The notes below the pieces were generated by a model that was not told where the DNA came from, searched no databases, and was given only the letters and a program-made list of their open reading frames with translations. Shown piece by piece: positions 8,775-16,565 of a stretch of DNA of 20,846 nucleotides; the stretch's first letter is position 1; every line of letters starts with the position of its first letter. Origin of the DNA: an uncultured Erysipelotrichaceae bacterium (GTDB lineage Bacteria > Bacillota_I > Bacilli_A > Erysipelotrichales > Erysipelotrichaceae); NCBI GenBank assembly GCA_964401865.1, contig CAYNZZ010000020.1:1-20846 (forward strand). Reading direction: 5' to 3'. The position numbers and the translations under genes were made by a program.

Positions 8775-9776
8775 ATGAAAAAAATATTAGAAAAATATAA
8801 TGGAATTGATTACTATCTTTACATTTTAAAGAATGACGATATTGAAGTCAGTGTTTGTAATTATGGTGCAACTTTATGTAATTTTAAGTATAAAGGAACA
8901 GATATTGTTCAAGGTTTTGAAAATGTGTCTTCTTATGTCGAAGATGTCAAATATATGAATGCGACGATAGGCAGAGTATGTAATCGCATTGAAAAGGGTA
9001 GATTCTTTTTAAATGGACAAGAATATCGCGTGCCTATCAATAATGGTCCCAATTCTCTTCATGGAGGGATTGATGGATTTGACAGCAAATATTTTGATAT
9101 TAAGGAAGATGGAAACAAGCTAGTATGTACTTATGAGTCAAAAGACATGGAAGAAGGCTATCCAGGCAATCTTTCTTTAAAAGTAATATATGAACTATTA
9201 GATGATGGTTTGTGTTTTGCGTACGAGGCTACTAGTGATAAAGATACTTTGGTAAATATTTGTAATCATGCGTTTTTTAATATCGATGGTCCAAAAAGCG
9301 AAACAGTGTTAAATGATTATTTGATGATTAATGCTGATTATATCGGAAAGATTGATAAAGACGGTTGTACACATGATGAAATAATGAATGTTAAAGATAC
9401 GCCATTTGATTTTAGTGTTCGGAAAAGAATTGGTCAAAATATTGATGATAGACATGAACAGATTTTAAATGCCAATGGTTATGATCATCATTATCTAATA
9501 AAAGGTGAAGGTTTAAGATGGTTTTGCTCATATGATAACGAAAAGATTAGATTAGATGTTTATTCAGATTTACCGGGTATGCATGTTTATTCGTCTAATT
9601 ATTTAAATGGTACATCAAAAGGCAAAGAGGGAGGGAGATATCCTAAACGTTCATCGATTTGCTTTGAAACACAATATTATCCCAATGCCATAAATTGTAT
9701 TAATCATAAAAAACCGATTTTAAAGGCTGGTGATACAATAAAACATAAGACTATTTTTAAAGTGGAGGAGATTTGA
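8775..9776 (+). CDS. galM: Aldose 1-epimerase (galactose mutarotase)
   Basis: 333 aa with mutarotase hallmarks: GRVCNRI, NSLHGG, CNHAFFN and FETQYYPNAIN. Shine-Dalgarno GGGGA upstream. Confidence 0.85.
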   Translation: MKKILEKYNGIDYYLYILKNDDIEVSVCNYGATLCNFKYKGTDIVQGFENVSSYVEDVKYMNATIGRVCNRIEKGRFFLNGQEYRVPINNGPNSLHGGIDGFDSKYFDIKEDGNKLVCTYESKDMEEGYPGNLSLKVIYELLDDGLCFAYEATSDKDTLVNICNHAFFNIDGPKSETVLNDYLMINADYIGKIDKDGCTHDEIMNVKDTPFDFSVRKRIGQNIDDRHEQILNANGYDHHYLIKGEGLRWFCSYDNEKIRLDVYSDLPGMHVYSSNYLNGTSKGKEGGRYPKRSSICFETQYYPNAINCINHKKPILKAGDTIKHKTIFKVEEI

Positions 9777-9777
9777 T

Positions 9778-11049
9778 ATGCGTATAACAGAAATTGAAAA
9801 AGCATTACTTAATGGAGAGTTTGATGAGCAATTGAAGATGCTCGCCTGTTTCGATGACATAAGTGGGGAGAAGGAAAGATATTTAGATTTATTAAACAAA
9901 GCCTTAGCTAAATTCGGTGATGAAGAAGCCCATTTAATTACTGCGCCAGGTAGAACGGAGATTGGTGGTAATCATACCGACCATCAGTTGGGCAGAGTAT
10001 TAGCGGGAAGCGTTAATATGGATATTGCCTGTGTCGTGTGTAAAAACGAAAAGACATGTGAATACTACGCCGACGATTTTGAGGTTAAGCCTGTTTCGAT
10101 TGATGATTTAAGTATTAAAGAAGATGAAAAGTTTACCAGTGAATCGTTGATTAGAGGCACTTTGTATCGTTTTAAAGAACTAGGTTACAATATCGGTGGT
10201 TTTAAAGCCTACACTCACAGCACTGTCTTAAAAGGTTCGGGTATTTCTTCAAGTGCAGCTTTTGAAGTTTTGCTAGGGAATATTATTTCTCACTTCTATA
10301 ATGACGGTAAAGTAGATCCTATTGTTATCGCTCAAGTTGGACAATATGCTGAAAATAATTATTTTATGAAAGCGTGCGGTTTAATGGACCAGATGGCTTG
10401 TTCGGTTGGTGGATTTGTAACTATTGACTTCTATCATCCAGAAAATCCTAAAGTAGAAAAGATTGATTTTGATTTTACACATAGTGATTACGCTTTATGT
10501 ATCGTTAATACAAAGGGCGATCATGTTGATTTATCGGATGAATATAGTTTAATGCCATATGAGATGAAACAAGTAGCAAATCTTTTGGGTCAGGAAGTAT
10601 TGTCGAGAGTCAGTAAACAAGAGATACTTGATAATATAGCTTATTTGCGCACAAAACTTTCGGATCGTTGTATTTTAAGGGCACTACATTTTGTCGATGA
10701 AACAGATAGAGTGATTGAAGAAGTTAGCGCATTAAAGAACAGGGATATGGAAAGATTTAAAAAAGTTGTTGTTGAATCCGGCTATTCAAGTTATATGTAC
10801 TTACAAAATGTATATACTTCTAAAGATATAACAAAACAAGGACTAGCTATCGCCCTATGTGTGTCTGAATCATTATTAAAAGGCAAGGGTGCATATCGAG
10901 TTCATGGTGGAGGTTTAGCCGGTACAATTCAAGCTTTTGTGCCAAAGATTATGTTAGAAGAATATAAGAAACAAATGGAGGCGATATATGGAGATGATTC
11001 TTGCTTCGTCTTTAGTATCAGACCGGTCGGTGGATATAAGATTATTTAG
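9778..11049 (+). CDS. galK: Galactokinase-family GHMP sugar kinase (divergent signature)
   Basis: Has the GHMP ATP motif KGSGISSSAAFEV, a galactokinase-like N-terminal signature APGRTEIGGNHTDHQLG, and CGLMDQ. Starts 1 nt after the galM stop, with GGAGGAG Shine-Dalgarno. At 423 aa it is longer than typical GalK. Confidence 0.7.
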   Translation: MRITEIEKALLNGEFDEQLKMLACFDDISGEKERYLDLLNKALAKFGDEEAHLITAPGRTEIGGNHTDHQLGRVLAGSVNMDIACVVCKNEKTCEYYADDFEVKPVSIDDLSIKEDEKFTSESLIRGTLYRFKELGYNIGGFKAYTHSTVLKGSGISSSAAFEVLLGNIISHFYNDGKVDPIVIAQVGQYAENNYFMKACGLMDQMACSVGGFVTIDFYHPENPKVEKIDFDFTHSDYALCIVNTKGDHVDLSDEYSLMPYEMKQVANLLGQEVLSRVSKQEILDNIAYLRTKLSDRCILRALHFVDETDRVIEEVSALKNRDMERFKKVVVESGYSSYMYLQNVYTSKDITKQGLAIALCVSESLLKGKGAYRVHGGGLAGTIQAFVPKIMLEEYKKQMEAIYGDDSCFVFSIRPVGGYKII

Positions 11050-11094
11050 TTTTTCTGTTTCTAATACATTGATAAATGGCTAATTGTTAAAAAA

Positions 11095-11127
11095 ACACGA
11101 ATTAGTGATATACCTATTCGTGTTTTT
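11095..11127. terminator. Bidirectional rho-independent terminator between convergent genes
   Basis: Stem ACACGAAT (11095-11102) / ATTCGTGT (11116-11123). An A-run (AAAAAAA) lies upstream and TTTT downstream, so it can serve both galK (+) and the minus-strand membrane gene. Confidence 0.6.
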
Positions 11128-11133
11128 AAATAC

Positions 11134-12123
11134 TTATTTTTCTACAAATTTTAGATTAGGGAAAATCTTTTCCATTCTTTCATTAGGGTAATGAGCATCA
11201 GCGTATTCACCGATTGAAGTAGCAGGTGGAAGATTGTTAATACGATTAGACCATCTATATACCATAATTCCGGACATACAAGAGTTAAATATCATGAATG
11301 CCAATAGTACCATAGTTAGTGATTTACCTATTTTATTAGGAATTTTAAGTATCTGTCTTGCCATTCTTGGATAAACTTCTTTAATCCAAAGAACACCTAG
11401 TATGCCCCAAAATATAGAATATAATAAACATATTCTGCCGTTTAAATTAAATGGCATTTTTGAATAATCCCAAGATACTGAACCAAACACCATCTCTTGA
11501 AAAAATGAGCATAAATATTCGATGATACTACCAACGATAAAGCCACCGGCAAAAGAATAAATCTTGGAACGATTACGATAAGGGTATAAAACAAGTGACA
11601 AAGCTAGAGCACCGAAACCATATACTAAATTAAATGGACCGTATATGAGTCCGACTCTGCTCTCATAGTGACCTCTTGTGACGATACAGAATATCGTTTC
11701 AATTATTACTCCAGCGAAGCAGCCGATAAAAAATACCCAAAATAATTTATAGAAAGTATTTCCTTGAGCAAAGTGATTAATCTTCTTCTCCTCGTAATCA
11801 ATTTGGGCATTAGTCATATTGATAAATTTCTTGCCTTTATCGCTTTTCATCTGGTGGTGTTCGGCTTCTTTAATAGAGGTTTTAATAATGTCTGATGTTT
11901 CTTTAGTTTTTTTAGCAACTCTTTCAAACATTTCGGTCGCTTCATCAAGAAACACTGTTTCATCTAAAAGAGCGCTTTTGAGTCTAGGATATTTATTAAT
12001 ACCTTCATTAGTTTTTTCAGCTAGTGCTTGAAGTTGGGAGTTAATTGTCTCATTAGTATCATCTTCTAAATCTAACAATTTCTCTTTCATTTCGTTATAT
12101 CTGATCTTTAATTTCTGATTCAT
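11134..12123 (-). CDS. Polytopic membrane protein resembling the PF06541 family ('putative ABC-transporter type IV'/CmpB-like) with a ~120-aa hydrophilic N-terminal extension
   Basis: The C-terminal ~200 aa has several TM helices and the family-like core GVIIETIFCIVTRGHYESRVGLIYGPFNLVYGFGA. The N-terminal 120 aa is charged and coiled-coil-like. Good Shine-Dalgarno on the minus strand (GAGGAAATTAAT-ATG). Stop TAA at 11134-11136. Confidence 0.7.
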   Translation of the reverse strand: MNQKLKIRYNEMKEKLLDLEDDTNETINSQLQALAEKTNEGINKYPRLKSALLDETVFLDEATEMFERVAKKTKETSDIIKTSIKEAEHHQMKSDKGKKFINMTNAQIDYEEKKINHFAQGNTFYKLFWVFFIGCFAGVIIETIFCIVTRGHYESRVGLIYGPFNLVYGFGALALSLVLYPYRNRSKIYSFAGGFIVGSIIEYLCSFFQEMVFGSVSWDYSKMPFNLNGRICLLYSIFWGILGVLWIKEVYPRMARQILKIPNKIGKSLTMVLLAFMIFNSCMSGIMVYRWSNRINNLPPATSIGEYADAHYPNERMEKIFPNLKFVEK

Positions 12124-12166
12124 ATTAATTTCCTCATATTTAAATAATATAAGAAAATGAAAATTA

Positions 12167-12195
12167 TTGAAATATTGATATTGAAATGATATATT
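12167..12195 (+). promoter_or_regulatory. Candidate sigma-A promoter (extended -10) for the hisS T-box leader
   Basis: TTGAAA (12167-12172), 17-nt spacer, TGaTATATT (12187-12195). The predicted start near 12201-12203 coincides with the base of Stem I. Confidence 0.45.
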
Positions 12196-12198
12196 TAT

Positions 12199-12396
12199 CG
12201 TGTCAGAGAAGAAAAGAATTGATTAGTTTTCTTAATAGAGAGTGGATGTTTGGTGTAAATCCTAAGAAAGAGATCAAGGGATAATTTGGAGATTCAATTA
12301 GACGTGACTTCGCGTTAAGAAGAAAAGGGCTTGGGCTCATGTCCATGAACTAAGGTGGCACCGCGTTTTTAACGTCTTTAGAAGAGGACTTTTTTT
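12199..12396 (+). promoter_or_regulatory. T-box riboswitch leader of the hisS-aspS operon
   Basis: AG-bay/distal-loop element AGAGAGUGGAU-GUUUGGUGUAA-AUCC (12237-12262). Conserved T-box sequence UAAGGUGGCACCGCG (12351-12365). Antiterminator pairs 12351-12355 with 12376-12380 and 12363-12367 with 12371-12375, with a 7-nt bulge UGGCACC. A mutually exclusive short terminator GUCUUU-AGAA-GAGGAC (12374-12389) is followed by T7 (12390-12396). Confidence 0.85.
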
Positions 12397-12414
12397 AATA
12401 TTTAGGAGGAGATT

Positions 12415-13686
12415 ATGATTTATCAGACAATTAAGGGCACATATGATATTTTACCTGATGAGATGCTTAAATTTGAAAAGATTAATACCTTATTTAAACA
12501 TTTTTTAGATTTGTATGGCTATAAGTTGATGAAGACACCGGTATTTGAAGATACTAGGGTTTTTGCGAAAGATAATGATACTAGCGATATGGTAACTAAA
12601 GAAATGTACACTTTTAGCATTGGTTCAAATGATAGTTTGACTCTAAGACCTGAAGGCACAGCCGGAATAATCAGATCTTTTGTACAGAATAAAATGTATG
12701 CTAATGAATTACCGGTTAAACTTGCATATATCGAAGAAATGTTTAGGTATGAAAGGCCACAAAAGGGTCGTCAAAGGCAATTTACTCAATTGGGAATTGA
12801 AGCGGTTGGCGATAAAAATCCGCTGATTGATGCCGAAGTAATAGCTTTAGGTTATTCATTTATCAAGGCGTTAGGACTTCAATCAATTAAAGTGTGCATT
12901 AATACTTTAGGAGATAGTGCATCGCGTATCGCTTATAAAAAAGCTTTAGAAGAGTATTTTGTTCAATATGAAGATGAATTGTGCAATGATTGCAAGAATC
13001 GTTTACACAAAAATCCTTTAAGAATACTAGATTGCAAGATTGACCATGACCAAGTATTTATGAAGAATGCTCCGGCTATTAGTGATTTCTTATCGGAAGA
13101 ATCAAAGGCTTATTTTAATAAGGTTTTGGCTTACCTAGATGCTTTAGAGATTCCTTATATTATCGATAATTCATTAGTTCGTGGATTGGATTATTATACC
13201 GATACGGTGTTTGAAGTCATTTCTACTCACTCGGAATCAGGATCGCAAAGCACTATTTTTGGTGGTGGCAGATATGATAGCTTAGTTGAAGAATTGGGTG
13301 GACCATCACTTAGTGGTATCGGTTTTGCCATCGGTGAAGAAAGATTAGTCATTTTAGGTGAGGCAGAGGGAATATTCGACGAAGAACCGGAAGGCTTAGA
13401 TGCTTATGTGATAGATATGACCAAAGGTTCACCGTTTGCCTTAGAAGTTGCTACTGTAATTCGTGCTAATGCTTATACTTGTGAACTTAATTTTATTGAT
13501 AGGTCTATGAAATCACAGTTTAAATCATGTGATAGAAAAAAAGCTAGATTTATTATCATCTTAGGTGAAGATGAGCTAGAAAATAGAAGAGTAACTGTAA
13601 AAGATACATCAGATCAAAGTCAAGAAACAATCGCTTTTGATGATTTGATCGACTATTTAGATTCAAAGACAATAGGGGGGAATTAA
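12415..13686 (+). CDS. hisS: Histidine--tRNA ligase
   Basis: Class II aaRS motifs of HisRS: RPEGTAGIIRS, FRYERPQKGRQRQFTQ, GGGRYD. 423 aa. AGGAGGAG Shine-Dalgarno at 12404-12411. Confidence 0.95.
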   Translation: MIYQTIKGTYDILPDEMLKFEKINTLFKHFLDLYGYKLMKTPVFEDTRVFAKDNDTSDMVTKEMYTFSIGSNDSLTLRPEGTAGIIRSFVQNKMYANELPVKLAYIEEMFRYERPQKGRQRQFTQLGIEAVGDKNPLIDAEVIALGYSFIKALGLQSIKVCINTLGDSASRIAYKKALEEYFVQYEDELCNDCKNRLHKNPLRILDCKIDHDQVFMKNAPAISDFLSEESKAYFNKVLAYLDALEIPYIIDNSLVRGLDYYTDTVFEVISTHSESGSQSTIFGGGRYDSLVEELGGPSLSGIGFAIGEERLVILGEAEGIFDEEPEGLDAYVIDMTKGSPFALEVATVIRANAYTCELNFIDRSMKSQFKSCDRKKARFIIILGEDELENRRVTVKDTSDQSQETIAFDDLIDYLDSKTIGGN

Positions 13687-13687
13687 A

Positions 13688-15421
13688 ATGTATAGAACAC
13701 ACACTTGCGGTGAATTAAATGAGAATTTTGTTGGTCAAAGAGTTACTTTGGCTGGCTGGGTTGCTAAAAGAAGAAATTTAGGCTCGATCTGTTTTATGGA
13801 TTTAAGAGATCGTTATGGTATTACGCAAATAATCTTTAAAGAAGATATGGCTGAAACAATAAAGGATGTCAGAAATGAATATGTTATTCAGATTGAAGGT
13901 GTCGTTTCTTTAAAAGAAGTGGCTAATCCAAAATTAAAGACCGGCAAGATCGAAGTAGTTGTCGATAAATTTAAACAGTTATCAAGCGCTAAGACAACGC
14001 CGATGATTATTGCTGACGAGACGGATGCCTTAGAAGAAACAAGATTAAAATATCGTTACTTAGATATTAGAAGAACACCAATTCAAGAGAAGTTGATGCT
14101 TCGTGATAAAGTTTGCACTATCTTTAGAAATCATCTTCATGAACAGGATTTCGTCGAAGTCGAAACACCTATTTTATCTAAATCTACTCCTGAAGGAGCT
14201 AGAGATTATTTGGTTCCATCAAGACTTTATAATGGTAAATTTTACGCATTGCCACAATCACCACAAATCTATAAACAATTATTGATGATTGGTGGAATGG
14301 ATAGATATTTTCAAATTGCCAGATGTTTTCGTGATGAAGATTTAAGAGCCGATCGTCAACCTGAATTTACTCAAATTGATATTGAAATGTCTTTTGCATC
14401 AGAGGAAGATATTTTCAAGGTGGTAGAAGGATGTATGAAAGATGTTTTTAAAGAAATCAAAAATGTCGATTTGCCAGTATTTGAAAGAATTAAATATGTT
14501 GATGCGATGGAATATTATGGCAGTGATAAACCAGATTTAAGATTTGATTTGAAACTTCAAAATATTTCTGATGTATTCTCTAATACTGATTTTTCTATTT
14601 TTAGAAATGTTTTAGATAATAGTGGAGTTATTAAAGCGGTTGTAATTAATAAAGCCAATGAATTGTCGAGAAAAGACATTGATAAACTAACTGAATTCGT
14701 CAAGGTATATCAAGCTAAAGCACTTGCTTACTTAAAGTATGCAAATAATGAATTCAGTGGTTCAATCGCTAAAGCGATAAGTGATGATGAAAAGAGTGCA
14801 TTAGTTAATAAATTGGACTTAAAAGAAAATGATATCGTGTTTGTTATTGCTGATGAAGCTAAGGTTGTCAATCAGGCATTGGGCGCTTTGAGATGCAAAC
14901 TTGCAAGACATTTTAACATGATTGATGAAAACGAATACAAGTTTGCATGGATTATCGATTTCCCTATGTATGAGTATTCAAGCGAAGAGAATCGTTATGT
15001 AGCTTGTCATCATCCATTCACCGCTCCAAAAGAAGAAGATATTGATAAAATGTTAGATGACAAGGCTAATTGTTATTCAAGAGCTTATGACCTTGTGCTA
15101 AATGGATATGAATTATTATCTGGTTCAGTAAGAATTCATGACCAAGATATGCAAGCGAAAGTATTTGAAGCATTGGGATTGTCTAAACAAGAAGCGAAAG
15201 CTAAATTTGGTTTCTTCTTAGAAGCTTTTGAATATGGTGTACCACCACATTTAGGAGTAGGTATCGGACTTGAAAGATTGGTAATGATTTTAAGTGGAAC
15301 TGATAATATTAAAGATGTAGTTGCTTTCCCTAAGACTGCAAGTGCAATGTGTTTGATGTCAGAAGCTCCTAATGTCGTCGATGAAGTTCAACTAAATGAA
15401 TTAGGCATCAAAATTAAATGA
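13688..15421 (+). CDS. aspS: Aspartate--tRNA ligase
   Basis: N-terminal OB fold (HTCGELNENFVGQRVTLAGWV). Class IIb motifs FRDEDLRADRQPEFTQID and GIGLERLVM. 577 aa. Starts 1 nt after the hisS stop, with a GGGGGG Shine-Dalgarno. Confidence 0.95.
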   Translation: MYRTHTCGELNENFVGQRVTLAGWVAKRRNLGSICFMDLRDRYGITQIIFKEDMAETIKDVRNEYVIQIEGVVSLKEVANPKLKTGKIEVVVDKFKQLSSAKTTPMIIADETDALEETRLKYRYLDIRRTPIQEKLMLRDKVCTIFRNHLHEQDFVEVETPILSKSTPEGARDYLVPSRLYNGKFYALPQSPQIYKQLLMIGGMDRYFQIARCFRDEDLRADRQPEFTQIDIEMSFASEEDIFKVVEGCMKDVFKEIKNVDLPVFERIKYVDAMEYYGSDKPDLRFDLKLQNISDVFSNTDFSIFRNVLDNSGVIKAVVINKANELSRKDIDKLTEFVKVYQAKALAYLKYANNEFSGSIAKAISDDEKSALVNKLDLKENDIVFVIADEAKVVNQALGALRCKLARHFNMIDENEYKFAWIIDFPMYEYSSEENRYVACHHPFTAPKEEDIDKMLDDKANCYSRAYDLVLNGYELLSGSVRIHDQDMQAKVFEALGLSKQEAKAKFGFFLEAFEYGVPPHLGVGIGLERLVMILSGTDNIKDVVAFPKTASAMCLMSEAPNVVDEVQLNELGIKIK

Positions 15422-16296
15422 AGTTAAAAAAATTATTTTTAGTCATATTTTTAGTCATATTATTATTTTACCTATTTGCGTGCAATAAAGATGTTCAAAC
15501 TGTTCACATAGATTTAGATACATACCAATATAGTGGCGAAGTCTATGAGATAGTTAATGAAAATGTACCATTTTTCTCAATCGATGAGATAAATGAGGCT
15601 AAACATTCATATGAGTATTATGCTGATTTGGATGAACTAGATAGAGTGACTTATGCGATTGCTAGTATCGGTAAAGATTTGATGCCGACTGAGAAAAGGA
15701 AAGATATATCTTCTGTTCGTCCAACTGGCTTTAATCAATATTTTGATGATGAATTAATCGAAGGTGGAAGCTTATATACTAGAAGTCATTTAATAGCTTT
15801 TATGCTTACTGGTGAAAATGCTAATGAGCGTAATTTAATAACCGGCACTAGATTTATGAATGAAGATTTGATGTTACCCTTTGAAAAGATTGTCTATAAT
15901 TATATTCGCTTCAATAATAATCATGTTTTATATCGAGTAACGCCTCATTATGATGGCAATGATTTAGTGGCTGATTATATCTTGCTGGAAGCCATGTCGA
16001 TTGAAGATGATGATATAAGTTTGTGTGTGGTTATATATAATGTAGAGCCTTGTTTTTCCATTGATTATGCTAGTGGTGAGGTCATAGATGTTGATAGAAG
16101 TTGCGAACTTACGCAAGGTATTGACAGTGATATTAAAGATAATTATTTGGTGCTCAATACGAATACATTAAAGTTTCATCGCGTTGGTTGTAAAAATATT
16201 GATGATATGTCTGATTTCAATAGGGAAAATTTGTATTGTGATAAATCAATAGCTATAAATCTTGGATTTTCGCCATGCCAAAGCTGTAATCCTTGA
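15418..16296 (+). CDS. Lipoprotein DNA/RNA non-specific endonuclease (EndA/Endonuclease_NS_2-like) with a C-terminal Ada-type Cys-rich motif
   Basis: Signal peptide plus lipobox MKLKKLFLVIFLVILLFYLFAC. Nuclease core YTRSHLIAFMLTGENANERNLITGTRFMN, resembling the RGH...N beta-beta-alpha-metal finger of secreted Firmicute nucleases. The C-terminal tail KFHRVGC...SPCQSCNP resembles the Ada-like Zn-binding tail seen on secreted nucleases. The start ATG overlaps the aspS stop (ATGA, 15418-15421). Confidence 0.78.
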   Translation: MKLKKLFLVIFLVILLFYLFACNKDVQTVHIDLDTYQYSGEVYEIVNENVPFFSIDEINEAKHSYEYYADLDELDRVTYAIASIGKDLMPTEKRKDISSVRPTGFNQYFDDELIEGGSLYTRSHLIAFMLTGENANERNLITGTRFMNEDLMLPFEKIVYNYIRFNNNHVLYRVTPHYDGNDLVADYILLEAMSIEDDDISLCVVIYNVEPCFSIDYASGEVIDVDRSCELTQGIDSDIKDNYLVLNTNTLKFHRVGCKNIDDMSDFNRENLYCDKSIAINLGFSPCQSCNP

Positions 16297-16321
16297 TTTT
16301 TAATCGCAAAAAATATATGAT
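16293..16321 (+). promoter_or_regulatory. Candidate sigma-A promoter for the pheS T-box leader
   Basis: TTGATT (16293-16298, overlapping the nuclease stop codon), 17-nt spacer, TATGAT (16316-16321). Confidence 0.3.
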
Positions 16322-16327
16322 AAATTC

Positions 16328-16540
16328 ATAGCATAATTAAAGAAGTAGTAGTCTTGATAAACCGAAAAGCGATAGATGAGATGGTGGGAGCATCTAATGG
16401 TGGAATTGATGAATTCATCTTTATAGCAGAGCTAATCACTCTCGGTTAAGACCGTTATATCTAAATTAAGTGCACCTTTGGTGAATTGTTAGGATGGTAC
16501 CGCGGATTTCATTCGTTCCTTGAAGTCGGCGGTTTTTATT
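16328..16540 (+). promoter_or_regulatory. T-box riboswitch leader, Phe-specific (specifier UUC)
   Basis: Specifier loop has an AGUAGUA 5' side (16344-16350) and GAA-UUC-A on the 3' side (16411-16417, codon 16414-16416), closed by AAAGA/UCUUU. T-box sequence UUAGGAUGGUACCGCGG (16489-16505). Strong terminator ACCGCGGAUUUCA (16499-16511) / UGAAGUCGGCGGU (16521-16533) followed by UUUUUAUUUU. Confidence 0.92.
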
Positions 16541-16565
16541 TTATGTTTTAATAACAGGAGGAAAT

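Noticed and set aside
11819-12031. 70-aa plus-strand ORF opposite the membrane-protein gene
   Set aside because: It lies antisense to the N-terminal extension of a gene with a good Shine-Dalgarno and start. It has no ribosome-binding site and is Ser/Leu-rich shadow sequence.
12166-12187. Direct repeat ATTGAAAT ... ATTGAT ... ATTGAAAT in the divergent intergenic region, considered as an operator
   Set aside because: It overlaps and is adequately explained by the -35 and extended -10 elements of the T-box promoter. Short AT-only repeats are expected by chance here.
14103-14285. 60-aa alternative-frame plus-strand ORF inside aspS
   Set aside because: It is out of frame with the highly conserved AspRS catalytic core and has no independent support.
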